From Dimorphilus gyrociliatus (taxonomy: Eukaryota; Animalia; Annelida): a DNA stretch of 64,000 nt. Below, one piece after another: positions 13,401 through 27,737 of the stretch (the stretch's first letter is position 1; each line of letters opens with the position of its first letter). Both the position numbers and the translations under genes were made by a program. Under the pieces are notes generated by a model that saw only the letters and a program-made list of their open reading frames with translations, was not told the origin of the DNA and searched no databases. Where the stretch lies: the NCBI GenBank assembly GCA_904063045.1, contig CAJFCJ010000012.1:1736001-1800000 (forward strand), read 5' to 3'.

Positions 13401-16400
13401 ACGACGTGGCGCAATCTTTGGACGAAAATTGAAAACAGTGCGACGAAAATCATTAAAATAGCGAAAGTATTATACACAAATATAGCACGGTTAACAGAGT
13501 AAAGCGAGGTGAACTCAAAAAAAACTGGTCTATCACCAAATCACAATTGCTCCACTAAAAGCTGGGGCACTCACATACTGCGATGAATCTCTATTTCTGG
13601 CCCACAGAGGCCTCCTTAAGACAGTACTATTTCTATCACTAGATGGCATTACGCTAGTGCTACCATTCGAGGCTTTATCCGAAACATCCTCTTCCTCTTT
13701 TCGAACTTCATTTGTTTGGTATGAGTCCTTTTATTTATTGAAAGTGATATAAAAAAAACATCTCAAGCCTATGCTAAACACTTAAAAGAGTACGAAAATG
13801 TGCTAAATCTTAAAATAAATATTTTAGAAAAAAGTTGAAACTCGAAGTAAAATAACAAGAAAAAGCTTCTTTTCATAAACTTACCATATTGGGTTCATGT
13901 CTCATATCCATGGAATTATACTTGTATGCAGCATGTGTATTCTGGTATGAATCTCTTATTTGATTATTTAGGGTTAAAGGTCTTTGCATATTAGTATTCA
14001 GAGAGTTCAGGCTAACATTCCAAAAGACCTTAGTATCCGATATTGCTCTTCTAACGGCTGTTTCTATTCTACCAGGTTCGATTTGTGTCTACAGTAGAAT
14101 TAAAAATAATTAATTAAGAAAGAAAGATTAATAATGGATAATTATATATATATATATATATATATTAGTATATATATATATATATATGAATATGTTTCAG
14201 TACATCAAATCCTCTCTGTTTCACAATGAATTTAATATCAGGAACTTTGACAAAAGAAGCTGTAAGTTGCATAGATTCGTTTCTCATGTCGGAGATAACA
14301 TAAATCTGAAATAGGTGTTATGCAGTTAAAAAGAGTTATGAATAGATAAACTATACAAAGTAGAAGAAATAAAGTAGTTAAGAGAAAGAATAAATTATAC
14401 CTGGTACTTAATCTAAAAGAAAAGAAAAGAGAAAGAAAGTGAGAAGGGAAGTAAACACTAAATTGAATACAAAGCTATACCTGTCCAGTCAGTCGCTGTA
14501 TGTTTAGCTCGCAGTTTGCGCTTATTACTCCGCTTTGAGTTTGTTGGAGCGCTGTCATAAGGAAAGCTACATCACAAGCTTCAACATCCGCTTTAACAGT
14601 CTATAGAAATAAAAACAAAAGGGTAAATAGATACTTTCAAATTATGAAAAGAGAGTAGGGGTCATGCTACTAATTACAATTGATAGTGGGTGTTCCTTTC
14701 CTACTAAGGAATTATCTTAATAATATTTTTCCATACGTACTAGTGATTCACTGTCTTCAATATTTGTAGAAAGGTTCGAAATTTTCGGTGGAAGACTACC
14801 GGCTACGATGTTCTCGAACTTAACTTGGACATCACCCTGTGAGAAAATCAATAAAATTGTTATGGCCCCGAGTTGTTTAGTTGATGGTCTCTCCAAGTTA
14901 TTACCTCTCCCCTAAAATAGTTTAATTTATCTAAGAAACAACCACATTAGTATATGCATGCTGAACTGGAGTGTTTTATCATTTTGTATATAACGTTGTA
15001 ATAAATAAAACGGGACAGTATTATCTTTAGCTTTTGTAAACACCTGCATTTAGCGCATAACGTAAATGCAGCAGATGCTGTCTGCAATCGCTGTACGCGT
15101 TGTATGAAAGCTTTACTAAATCAATAAGTAAGTTATTACAATTCTCATCATCATAAAAGTAATCCGAATAAAATTCCATATTGCTATAATCTTGGTGTTC
15201 GCTAAACCACACCCTATTTAGTACACCGTACTGAAAAATATACCTTACAACTTAAAAAAAGAGCAGTACCTTTTCATTTAAATAAAATAAAAAAAAGATT
15301 CATATAATGCAAAACAAATAAAAAGCCTTCGGAACACCTACAAACGTCCGTGAACTAAATATAGATTAGTTGCAGTCCATCAGAATAAGGAATATGGTTG
15401 TAATTTTCAACTACATCGATTTTCCACATCTTCCAACAAGTAATGAAACCAAACTATCGAAAGTAGATTAATCTTGCTTCTTGGGGAAATGAAATAATAA
15501 AAGAAGTAGACCAAAGCAATATGTGAGGTGATGGAAAATACACAAAAAGTAAAAATAACAAGATAATAATGGAAACGAAACTTGGATTGCGCCAAGCGTC
15601 GACTCTATAGATTTATGAATACTCTTTTGAAATTAAAGAAAGAGAATACACAAGAAAAGGAAATATAGAACAGCTTGTAGAACATTAAAAAGATAATGTA
15701 GCACGCAATAAAAATTATTCTAAATATAAAGCGTAGAAATAAAGATGACAGGAGATCTGCTTTAGAGCGGATTTAGTTTAGATGAGATTGGGGAGAAACA
15801 GAGATAGAATTATGGCTTAAACATATTTAATTCAACCTCATATTGAGAGAGTTAGCGTAAATTTTAATTATGTGTAATCAATATTTGTCGCACGGAAAAA
15901 AGAATTATTTTGTAAAAAAGCGAAGTGTTTGTTAAGCATTTTGTTCTTTCTCCATTTTACTTTATTGTTAGGCATTACATACAAAAATAAACTAATGATG
16001 CTTAGATTGACTATAATATCTTATTCATGATAGAAAATTACCTTAGGATAAGCAAGTATAAAAAAAAACAATTGCTGTTTTTTTTAACTGCTCGAAAAAA
16101 AATGAATTGTTTCCTGAATTCTAAGCTTTTTCATCGATTGTTAGTATTTGTTTTTTTCTATATCAACATTGTGGTACGATATTAAATAGCTTTAGTGCCA
16201 TAAAGAACCATTGTCGAGCAAATAATAAACAAAACTTACCGGCTTGAGTGTGTTCTGCAAAGCAGTCTTATTCAATTCTTCAATCCATTGCTGCACAAGC
16301 CAAGGCGTTTGGTGTAAATGAACGTAAAGCCATTTAAGGACAGAGTTAACCCAAAAGCACGATTCCCCACCCAAACCAGTAACATATCCAGCCCTTCCGA

Positions 16401-16620
16401 AAGATATTGTTCTTTTTGAAAAAAACCGAAGATAAATATGAATAGCAGCCACTGTCGCAAAAGCTAAGCCTATCCAAGCTAGGAAAAACATATCGAGAAT
16501 ATTTAGCCGGGAAAGAGAGAAGTTCCTATAGAAATCGCCTAGTTTTTCACACTTCTCAACCAAGTTGCTGTAAGTCTCCCCGAGTTTGTACCAAACTAGT
16601 TTTGCAGTAACATCTACCAT
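7436..16620 (-). CDS. C2CD2L: C2CD2/C2CD2L (TMEM24)-like ER-plasma membrane lipid-transfer protein: TM, SMP-like, C2 and polybasic tail; multi-exon
   Basis: Exon 1 16620-16240 has a TM helix and GESCFWVNSVLKWLY. C2 exons: DRKLLVKVIKATG, SDPYCIVSMDEPAQKHSTS...FNPFWDEHFLF, DLNDATQQLRFELYDK, DDFLGRAFVMVDEL. Exon DDPAALAIRHL...KTPTKTSIVITGV resembles human C2CD2L DPVAETAIRQL...KTPTKRSTLIISGV. Basic C-terminus LKKFFSRKPK. Confidence 0.85.
9395..10821 (+). CDS. SLC16 (monocarboxylate transporter family) MFS transporter, copy 1, nested in a C2CD2L intron
   Basis: PPDGGWSWVVLFGAF family signature, EYFVEKKGMA motif and multiple hydrophobic helices. Four exons with GT-AG introns. Confidence 0.9.
11084..12527 (+). 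CDS. SLC16 family MFS transporter, copy 2, tandem paralog nested in the same intron
   Basis: TPDGGWGWMVVVGGF signature and AEYFHKKKALAMSI. The last exon GRLRDITGSYQWTF ends with TAA at 12527. Confidence 0.9.
14143..14187. repeat. (TA)n microsatellite, interrupted, intronic
   Basis: Direct reading of the sequence. Confidence 0.9.
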
Positions 16621-16891
16621 CGCACCGACCAATCGCCTTTCTTTTTATTTTTAGAGAAAATTGTTTGGCATTCGTATAGGTACGGTTCGCCAGGAATTTT
16701 AGATAACGATATCACGTTTCTCTGATTCCGACCGCATTCGGCCGTAGTCAGCGCCACCTGGATGGTTAAGGTTAAGGTTGAAAAGTGGATAGTTTCGTAT
16801 TTTTTTCAAACTCTTTATTAATGTTTTTAAACAATAATTTAGTATCTTCTATGAAAGATAGCCGATTAAAATAATTTTACGATAAATTTTA

Positions 16892-16900
16892 ACCGGAAGT
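16892..16900 (+). promoter_or_regulatory. ETS/GABP-type site ACCGGAAGT in the divergent C2CD2L / F-BAR gene promoter
   Basis: Perfect consensus match between two head-to-head start codons (16620 and 17291). Function is inferred. Confidence 0.4.
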
Positions 16901-17290
16901 AGAGTTGAATAAATTACGCGCCACTTTTGAATCCTTAAGGAGTTCGATTGTTAATAGTCATGCAAATATTTAAGCTGGATTACTTTACGAAGCTTCATAT
17001 ACCCAGAGGTATTCAATCAATTACACAAATTGTTTACAAATATTAGCTTGCGTTATGCATTCATTGTTTTAACGTTAAATACCACAAATCCTAAGATTTC
17101 GTAATATGTTTGTTCACGCTTGGTTGAATTATAATATCATAGTTGAATCTTATGGTTCCCTATTCCCCCTTATTAATATAGATAGCTCAAAGCTATTCAA
17201 ATTTTAGGCCATACAACCATATACCATAGAATTGTGTATTGCTTGTGCAAACTGAATAGGAAACTACGTTGAATTTGAGTTACTTAAAAA

Positions 17291-19858
17291 ATGACTACCA
17301 ATTTATCGTTTGAACACTGCTTCTGGGTAAGTTTGTTAGATCAAACTATTTAAAATCGATTGTTTGACAAAGAGAGCTATCTTTAGTGTAAATATAAAAA
17401 AAAATTGGTGGGCTATTACTCGAAATGTGAAAATTCAAGTTGATGTTTAAAATATGCCACAAACAGATACATTAAAGAAAATTCAAAGAAATACAATAGA
17501 ATTATAAACGTGTAATACTGTATACAGTATGTTCTATAGTACAGATGGGTGCAAGATAAAACTGGTATTGTGGGAGGGCTAAGTGACCAAAAAGAGTACA
17601 AAGCGGGAAAGTGCAAGAGAGAGAGAGAGTTGCTACAACATCGTGAACGTTATATATAACTATGAAATACAAGGATGAGAGAAAGAAGTATTAATATATT
17701 TACATTAATTGCGTCAATTAGAAAATGATGTATGAAAAACAAATCTTTATACAATCGATATATTACACATATGTATAATTTACAAATATATTTATAGAAT
17801 TAAATTATTCTTTTAGGATGAGAAGATTAATGAAACAAACGGATTTTCAATACTTAATAATAAGATGAAAGAGTCCGAAGGTATGTGTAAGAGCTATTCC
17901 GAATTTTTGGAGCATCGGTAAGTAAAATTATAATAATCAATGAATTATTTAAGTATTTACTTAATTTGTATATATATCTATATATGTAAATAATATGCGT
18001 TCAAAATAGTAATGTCTACTTATATGGGCATTTTTTCATACGTGTATAGAGTATATATATTAAAATTAGAATATTTTCTAATTCAGTAATGTTACAGTAT
18101 AGACTATACTTGGCATATTGAAATAGAACACAATAGACTATATCATATCTTATCTTATATTTTGTTTTATACTTTACAGAGCGAAGTTAGATATGCAATA
18201 TTCAAAGGACTTAAAAAAACTATTAAAACATTTTAGTATAAATTCCGAATTTGGGTGTGTTATTAATAGCAAATATGACTCACATTTATAATAAACATTT
18301 TATTTTATACTAATATTTTTAAGAAATAATAGAAGGAATTTGCATATATACATATTACATATTCAAACGCATCGATAGATTACTTAAAGATTCCTTTGCT
18401 GTGTTGAAATCGGAGACTGAAAAGATTTGTCAACATCATGCAGACTATTCAGAAAGTCTGAGAGAGAGTTCAAGGAGGATGAAGGAATTCTATGGAGACT
18501 ATAGAAGGAAACGAAAACTTGTTAGTAAAATAATTTTCTATCTTACAGTCCCGCATAGAAGTTTTAGATGTAAACTGATAAGTTAATGAGATATGACTTT
18601 ATCTACTATTATATCAAGTGCCCTTGCCGTCACATCCTTTAATGTATGCTATATAAGTATTAAAACTTTTCTTCTGATAAATATCTGAAGGCTGAAACAA
18701 TTAGTTAGATAAAATAAGAGCAGATTAATCGGTTTATTATCTAAAATAGTTTGTTTAAGGTAAACTATATGAATATTAATTCTACTGTTTTGTTTTCGTT
18801 TTAGGAAAAAGACAAGGTTCAAGAATATCACGCTAAAGCTGTAACTGAATATGACAGAGCAATTAAAACCAAAGATGATTATCACACTAAAAAAATAATT
18901 TCTGATTCTCCGGAAAATAATAGTAGCTGTGATAATCTAAATCCCGAAAAACAAGGAAAGGTAAATTGAAACAAAACCATAGTAATTAATTTATCATTGC
19001 TTTTAAAAATACTAAAGTATTGGGTTTGCTTTCCCCAATGTTTTAGATACATGAGAAGAGAGATAAACTTAAAAGAGAAGCTGATGCAGCAGGTAATAAA
19101 TTCTTTATTTCATTTTACCTTAAATTACAAAATATATATTAATACTATAATACATTTATTCTACAAAAAAAACTATATATTTTAGAGAGTAAATATAGAA
19201 CATGCTTAGTTGACTTAGATAAAGCATTAACGAAATGGGGAAAAGTGTACCATGAAATGTGCTCAGTAAGTTCCATAGAAGATTATTAATTTATATCAAA
19301 AGAGTAAACCTTTTTATATTCTTTTTTTGTATCTTTTTGTTTAAATAGAAAGCCGAAAGGTTAGAGAAATCTCGAATCATTTACATTAGAAATGAAATAT
19401 GGGCGTATGCTAATTTTGAATCTTTAAGGAACGTTGAAATCGATAAAGTACACTTTTCTTTGAAAATGAAGAACTATTCGAATATTATTAATTTTAATAA
19501 TTTAACTTTAATTATTGTAGAGTTGCGAGGAAGTTAGAAAATCATTAGAAAAATGCGATGAAGAAGAAGATATTAGGAAATTTATCAAAGAAAATACTAC
19601 AGGAATCACTACTCAACCAAAAGCACCACCGTTCGAATCATCACCTTCGGAAAGGTCTGCTTCAAATCCTATTGATAACTATGAACCAGAAGGACATCTA
19701 CCGAATTATCAACAATCCCAAGAAGAAAAAATGCGTGAACAATACCTGGAAAGACAGAACAAAGAATTTTCCTGGACAGCTAGTAAATAATATTGATTAA
19801 ACATTACCTTTCAATTAATAATTTCTAATTATACATTTCTTTTTTAGAAGAAGACTAA
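17291..19858 (+). CDS. PSTPIP1/2-like F-BAR (FCH) protein with no SH3 domain detected
   Basis: Exon 1 MTTNLSFEHCFW (cf. PSTPIP1 QFKDAFW), then GFSILNNKMKESEGMCKSYSEFLEHRAKLDMQYSKDL, ERLEKSRIIYIRNEIWAYAN and CEEVRKSLEKCDEEEDIRKFIKENTTG. The stop is at 19790 or 19858 depending on the last splice. Confidence 0.75.
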
Positions 19859-21307
19859 GAAGATAAAGAAGAAAATCAATAGCATTTTATTTTACTATAA
19901 TTAACTTAAACTTAACTAAATAAAGAATATTAAACATAGCATATCTTGCTCTTAAATATATCTATCGTTAATGCTCTTATTTTTAATAGTTTATTCTTAT
20001 ATCTATCAAATGTTAATTAATTTTTCTTTTTTAATTTTCTTATTCTGATCCAAATTCCTTCTGTCTTTCTTCTTCGTACGAAATTAATACCAATACAACA
20101 TCGTCATTATTCTCTAGCCTAGGCTTAATTTCTCTCTTTTTCTTTTAAGAAAAGGCAACAAACTTAACACGACTGTCTACATCACTTTGTAAATTGAGTA
20201 ATAATAGATCAAAACTGCACAACAAATTAAAGATATCCTTCGTTATGAAGAAATAGAAATTGATATTTTTTTTTAAAAAAAAAATAAAAGAGAAATACTC
20301 TCTTTCTTTAGCTAATAATACATTTCCGTTAAATATTTCAACAACCAGTAATATTGTATATTCAGTAAAAAAAATAAATATATACAACATATTGGTACGT
20401 ATAAAATATAACGTCGATATTTCGTTTTAATTAAATTTGACCTAGATTAATATTTCTTAAGCGAAAGATTTTTTTTTGGATTGTAGCTAAAAAAAACCCC
20501 TATGCATTAAATGTTATATAATTAAATTTTTATATCTTTACATTATTTTTAAGTACTGTTTCAATTGTAGGTCATATATCAAAGTATAAATACAAACCAC
20601 ATAATTTTTTAGTGCAATATACTGTATAATGCATATGTTTCATAAATTATTACATATATATAGATATATATGGTACATAGATGGATATATAGCGTATATA
20701 TATATATATATATATATGCTGTATTATGTAAATATAACTGTACCATATGTATTGAAAAGGTATGGGATTTTATAGTCCTATTAGAGGAAATAATAACGGA
20801 CTAATAAAAAACTACTTAGAGAAGTGAAAGAAATAGATGATGCTGAAAAAAGATTTTTATATCGCTAATTCTCTCTCTCCTCTCTCTCTCTCCCTCCCTC
20901 TCTTTTTTGATATATTCAAAAAATATTCAGCTAAAATAGTGTCCACGTCTAATAGAATTTAATCATTAATCCTACGAATGATGTAATATAAAGCTTAACT
21001 AAAAAAAAAATGATTTTAGGTTCAAGAATCTGGACAAATGATTATAGTTTTAATAGGATTTGATGATCAATTGAGACTTTTTCTAACACAAGATCAATTA
21101 GTTGAATAAAGATATGCATATCATATATAGTTTATTTAATTTCTTAATATAATCTTATGTATATCATCTCTTGTTTAGAGTTACTCGAACATTTCACTGA
21201 AGATATATGATTCTACATGGGTACAATTACAAAGTCTCTTTAATAAACCAATATAGCTCTTTTTTTAATTTTAAGGATTTCATTTGACTGTCTTCACTTT
21301 TATTAAT

Positions 21308-23219
21308 TTATTGATAACTCTTCCAATCGAAAAGCGTCGATGCTCTATCTGTTACCATCCTTGCTATTGCTAACGAGCTTGTGGCGGCTGGGGAGGGAGC
21401 ATTTCTAACGTGCAACATTCTTGAGGATAACGATCCTGTACCGGAATCAAAAACAAAATCGTCGACCAATGAACCGTCAGGCGCTAAGGCTTGCGCTCTT
21501 ACCCCAGCTGGGCCCCTATAAAATATAGTTAACGATAGGCAAGAAACTAATGAAATGTTAAGAAGCTGTTTACTTGGTAACATCGGAAAGCTGCAATTCT
21601 GGAACAAATCTCTGTAACTGTTTGACCTGAGCCGAAATGAATACACCCCTGTAAAGTTCACCAAACGCGTAAGAAACATTCTTAAAGACGAGCTTTCTCA
21701 ATCCCCTAGTATTGGATAGATAAATTCAAAGGTATGATTGTCTTACTTTGAACTGAGATTAACAGAGACTATTAGACTTACGAATAAGCTGCAGCCTCTG
21801 AGAATTCCTTTAAACTGAAGTCAAATAACTTATAACCTTCCCTTTTAAATGCCAAAACAGCATTTGGCCCCAACCACACATCTCCATTCATTCTTGGTGT
21901 GAAATGAACTCCTAAAAAGGGGAATTTGGGATCAGGAACTGGATAAATGTTTCCTCTAACAAGATCGCTCTTTTCTTTCTTTAACAGCAAATACTCTCCT
22001 CTAAATGGCACGATTTTAGGATGCGGTGTGCCTCCAGATAAAGCGGCTACTTTATCCGATTGCAAACCAGTGCAGGTAATAACGTAACGAGTGCGGATTT
22101 TGTACGGCTGTCAAATATGTAACGAATATTTTAAAGCATTACTATTATCTGGTTTAGGTGCAATCTCACTTGAGACTTTAGGCTAATCTCCACAGGAAAA
22201 TCATCATCAGTCATTCCAGATTCTCTAAAACCGGTTACTTCGTGATTTAAGAATATTTTTCCGCCACTCTTTTCAAAGTTCTTTCCATAAGATCTAGATA
22301 CTTCAGCCCAATCAACAATACCCGTGTGAGGAGAGTGAAGAGCTTTTAGACCCTGATGTTGTAAAGACGAAAATAAGTATTCTATTGAAAATAAACTCCC
22401 TGGGGATATACGTTCTCATATTTAATAATCTTACACGACAATTCGGTTCGATTTCTCTTATTCCTTCCTCATTTTCAATTAATTTCAAATCAGGTACGTC
22501 ATTTTTTAAGCCTCTTTCGTGTAAATTGGCTAAGCGTGGCAATTCGTCAGGTTGAGTTGCTACAATTAACTATAAAGGTAACAAAACAAATTTTGATGTA
22601 TATATGGGTCTTCTTAAAGTTAAGTACTATACTTTTCCGCATTTTTTATATGGTACGTTGTTGGCGTCACAGTATTCGTACGCTAATCGAAGTCCTTCCA
22701 CGCATAGTTTTGCCTTTAGTGACCCAGGTACATAATAAATTCCCGCGTGTATAACACCGCTGTTATTACCACTTTGATGGGCAGCTGAGAATAAAATTAA
22801 AAAGTAAAATACAGAGTGACAATATAATATTTAATAAGTATCCATTACCCAATTTATCTTCCTTTTCTAGTACACAAGACTCTAAAAAAGGAAATTTGCG
22901 CATGGCAGTGTAAGCGCTTGCCAGTCCCACAATACCCCCTCCAACATAAACACAATCGAAATACTTGTAATTTTCAGTATCTTTTTGACTGGCTTTAGAG
23001 ATTTTACCAGTTGGATTTTTTTCAACCGCGGCTGAAGGACCCCTACGAAAATAGGGTAATTTTGTTTAATTTAATATTCTAAGAAATAGCAATCAAATCA
23101 AAAAACAGAACTTACACATGAGTATTTGATGAAAAGTTATTTACACCATTTACCCGTAATAAACAATGCAATTTCGCTGTTTTTGACAATAGTCGAATTT
23201 GATGACCTCTCAATGCCAT
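21308..23219 (-). CDS. L2HGDH: L-2-hydroxyglutarate dehydrogenase, mitochondrial
   Basis: FAD motif [90 protein letters not shown]. Confidence 0.96.
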
Positions 23220-23797
23220 TGTCGGCGGCAGTTACTTATTTTGATTTTATTGTATAAAAAAAGAATGAAATATGAAAAAAAGCATAAAAATTCAATTTAT
23301 TAAATAATATTATAAAAAAAATAAATAAAATATAACTTTCTATTTTTTATAAAATTTGTTTTTTCTGTCAATAAATAGGTGCTCCTCAAAAAATTCTTTA
23401 GATATAAACAGAACGAAACTAAACAAACTTATTTTTATAAATATTGATGTTTTCCATAAAAATTATAATATTGAAACTAAGCGGCATTTTTGTTAAAGCA
23501 AAGGATAACTGAAAATCAGTAATATCTAATCGGAACTTGGAAACTAGTTAGTAGTTATAAAAAATCTTTATGGAAGAGTTGTGTAAATATCTGAAAACCT
23601 TCTTATAGTGGTATTATAAACTAAATTATTGTTTAAATACAAGGAAAAAAGCTTTTATGTCTTGTATGAAATTAACTTTATAAAGTAAATTTTATTATAA
23701 GATGATAGCTACAAAAAGAAATATAAATATTCTCCGAATGTCAACGATATGATAAAGAGTTTAGTAAATGTGAACAATTACGTTGGAATATTTTTCA

Positions 23798-25535
23798 TCA
23801 TATAAATACTTGATGAGCTGCTGTCCTTGTCATAAATGGTTTAACAATTTGACTTGTTGCAAAATAGAATATAAGACCAAAAAATATCGATATTGGTAAA
23901 GCTGGCAGGGCTCTTTTGAATATAGCTAAGAGGAAGAGAGTCAGACTGAGTCCCTGTAACAATTAGACATATAATTTTTTCTATTGTTAAGCATTAAATA
24001 TAATTAATTGCAATAAACTTACAATTAAGATAGCTATAAAACACGCTAAGGTAGTATTCCAGTCACCGTATGAAGAAGCCTTACCAACCAGTAGACTGTA
24101 AAATATAAAATCACCCAAACCCAACTTAACACCTCTTTCCTCTTCTACCGATTCACTCGATAACGATCTCATTGCTAATTGGCTGTTATTATTTGCATTA
24201 TCCCCCTGATTATTTTGAGCTGGAACATCAGCCGTTTGGTTCGAATCCACTCCAAAATTAGGGTTAGTTCGGCCCTCAAGTCGGTGTGTTTCTTTGGAAA
24301 AAAAATCTATAATTAAATAATGACTGCATTTGCAATTCAACAGTTTTGCTATCGAAAAAATATAGTTCTTGAGTCTGTTTGTTTACACTTTATGATGGTT
24401 ACAACACTATAGTATTTTATACTTTTTATGGTTATTTATGAGCAATATTTATCACTTTTACCTGTATTACCACCTTGTGCAGCAGGTACGTCATCTGCAG
24501 CATTTACAATCCAAGCCATTGTTGATGAATAAATTAAACCGGGCATAATCTGTTCATTTCTCTCGTGAGCAGTTTCAACTAATATCTTAAGTGGTCCAAA
24601 TGGACATAGAACAGCAACTAAATCCCAAACTGAAATTAATGCCAATAAAACCCATGTTGTCCAATCAGGTAAATATTTTATGAAGACTAAGGCCATTAAA
24701 GAGGAAATTATAATGTGGTATAATTGCTGCAGTCTTAGAGGCCCTTTCCAATGAATACAAGCCATTCCAGGCACACCGAAATTCCATATAACTAAGGCGG
24801 TTGTTAAATAATCCATAGGTACGTTGTATCGTTCTAAAACTTGTCCCCAATATATTAATGCAAACAAAAATAAAAGGAGTAAACTAGAAACAATCAACCA
24901 TCCATGAATTATTTTGTAGCAGCTGAACTTGTAAAGGAGTATCAGCACGACAGTCATAACAATGACGACGGATAGAAAAATCAAAGTATTTGCCAAAGAA
25001 ATCCCAAACCTTGCAGCGCCAGTACTAGACTTTTCAGACAAAGGGGTATAAAAGAATGTACCAGAGGATTGTGTGTAATTTGTTGCCGATGTTACTGTTG
25101 CTACAACTATAATCATACACAATGTAACAGGAACAAAAAGTCGAATAATGTTGGTTGCTCCTTTAAACAGAGCTAAGTCTATTCTCTCATCCACTTCTTC
25201 TTGATCGGAAGAAAAGGGTTCATTTCGGGAATTGTTTTGAGTACCATTCTATAAAGACAATTAAAATAAAATTTTAGTTATTATAATAATTACATTTCAT
25301 GATAAGCAACGATTAGCAATGTAATCACAATTATTAACATTATTATAGTATTTAACAGAATGTGATACCTGTTGCGCTGGCTCCTGTGGTACGTCAACAT
25401 TAATATAATCTTGGATGTTTACATTGGGAGGTAACTGCTGATTTGTCCTAGGCTGAAATAGTTCGTTTTTCAAATGTAATATAGAAACTTCTTGATAATA
25501 TTTTACTTTAATTATAATTAACAAACCTCTTCCAT
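23798..25535 (-). CDS. PSEN1: Presenilin (gamma-secretase catalytic subunit; PSEN1/2 co-ortholog)
   Basis: [19 protein letters not shown], first catalytic Asp in [26 protein letters not shown] and C-terminal HQVFI. The start at 25535 is inferred from a 9-nt first coding exon. Confidence 0.96.
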
Positions 25536-26410
25536 ACTTGCTTTCAAATTCAGAAATTTAAGTAGATTACTTTAAGGAAGTGCGAATAAAAAGTACACCG
25601 CGGAAGCTTGATCTAAAATATTTAGACAGCTGCTGAGAAATATAATAGTAGTGATTTATAAAGATTAAAATTAGTAAATGGTTTAGATCGTTTACATTAT
25701 ATTTCTTGGAGAGTCAATTATTAGATTAAAAAGAAATACCTATTTCTTTTCTTTCAATTAAATGCATCGAAAAGCAAAACATAACTAGAGAGAAAACTGG
25801 TATAACTAAGTTGATTAAATAATTTTGAGAATGAAAAATTGCTCCTCAATGCCACTGTATTCCAATTGTATAAAAATATAAATATAAGGGTAAAATCTCA
25901 TGTAACATTAAGGACAAAAGTGTTGCTATATGCTATAATAAACGCATTTCTTTCAAAAATTATGTGGGCGTTTCCTAACAAAAGAAACAATAATTCATTT
26001 CTTAATTGATGATAGGTCAATTTATCTCATTTATTTAAGTACAATAGTCATTTCTAAAAGAAATAACAGAATAGTCGGAGAGTCTGGTAACAAAAACTCG
26101 AAGAGGTTAAAATTAAAAACTCCCGCGATTTTTTGCCGAACCATACTAGTTTTGTTTAAATGAGCTGGTTCTTATTACGAAAAGTACAATACAACGTGAC
26201 TATCCAAGGTCGTTCGAAATTTTTGCGATTGAAAAAGAATAATTACATTTTGAAAATTGATTTAAATTCATTAGAAAAAGCTTTTCCGTTGGTTTGGCAA
26301 ATTTTCTGGAAACTTTATTGAAAGATTGATACAATAAGAATTTGTTTTCAAACCGGGTAGCTTTCGTGGGGTTCTTTTATCTTGAGTTTAAAAGCACTCT
26401 AAGTAAAGCA

Positions 26411-27737
26411 ATGTTTTCAAAATTATCATCATGTAGGAGTCAATTTACTCTTTTATTAAGGTCTTCTTGCTGCATTAAAAATGGACTAGTTCATTCAACA
26501 GTTGGACACTCAAAGGTAAATTTATATTTAATAAATTAGATTTCAAATTACTAAGAATAATATTCATTTTTTCATCTAGCTCATGCATAAGACAGCTAAA
26601 GAAGCGAAATTGGATAATGTTGATGAGAATTTAACCATTTTTGTTAAAGCCTCTGGAAAATCTCTTGCACTTCCTCGGCCTAAGAATTCTACAGAGAATT
26701 ACTCTCTTACTGTAGGTGAAAAAGTTTTAAAAATTAACAACAGAGAAATACCAGCCGAGGATACTCAAGTCCAATCTGTTGGAGATTTGTTATGGAGACA
26801 GGTTGGAGACTATAAGATTTCCGAATTACCAAAATACTATATGGCTCTTTCCAAACTTCGTTTAACAGGCCTAGTAGTTGCAACTGCTATGGCAGGCTAT
26901 GCTTTGGCTCCCGAAGTATTTTGTGTGTCTACTTTTGCCTATTGTTCGATTGGGACAGCGTTGACCTCCGCTGCTGCAAACAGTATCAATCAATTTCTAG
27001 AAGTTCCTTACGACTCTCAAATGAGCAGAACTAAAAATCGAGTTTTAGTTAGGGGATATCTAAGTCCTCTTCATGCTGTGAATTTTGCAATTGTATCAGG
27101 CGTGACGGGGCTAACAATTTTAGCCTTAGGCACAAACTTATTGACAACATCACTTGGATTATTAAATCTTATATTATATACAGCAGTTTATACGCCTATG
27201 AAACGCAAAAGCCCAGCAAACACTTGGGTTGGCTCTATTGTTGGAGCGATTCCACCAATAATGGGGTGGACTGCTTGCGGTGGCGGTCTTGAACCTGGAG
27301 CATTCTTATTAGGAGCTCTTCTTTTTTCATGGCAATTTCCCCACTTTAATGCTCTAAGCTGGAACTTGAAACAAGAATATTCACGAGCAGGATATCGTAT
27401 GATGTCGGTTGTTGATCCAGACATGTGCAGGAGAGTTGCTTTAAGACACTCCGTCCTTATTACTATCTATTGTTTAATGGCCAGCCCACTAGAACTAACA
27501 AATTGGAGTTTTGCAGTGGACTCTTTCATCTTGAACATGTGTTTAGTTTATTTATCAGCTAAATTTTATAAGGATGCTGATAGTAAGAGTGCTAGAAAGT
27601 TATTTAGATTTTCTTTGATTCATATACCTGCATTATTTGTCCTAATGTTAATTAGTAAAAAATGGAAAAGGACTGAAGATAAAAACACTAATACTAACAC
27701 CCCAAAAACTGCTTTTCAACAAATAATTGAAAATTAA
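26411..27737 (+). CDS. COX10: Protoheme IX farnesyltransferase (heme O synthase)
   Basis: LSKLRLTGLVV, NSINQFLEVPYDSQMSRTKNRVLVRG, YTPMKRKSPANTWVGSIVGAIPP, WQFPHFNALSW. Exon 1 (26411-26515) encodes a mitochondrial presequence-like peptide. Confidence 0.96.

Noticed and set aside
20050-20390. Coding-looking stretch on the minus strand (ORF 20145-20390 and a downstream KREIKPRLENNDD segment)
   Set aside because: Interrupted by a stop, with only a 27-nt possible intron; likely UTR or intergenic AT-rich sequence
24620-24640. Presenilin reads WD rather than the human YD at the first catalytic Asp
   Set aside because: WD is common in invertebrate presenilins, and the Asp, GLGD and PALP motifs are intact
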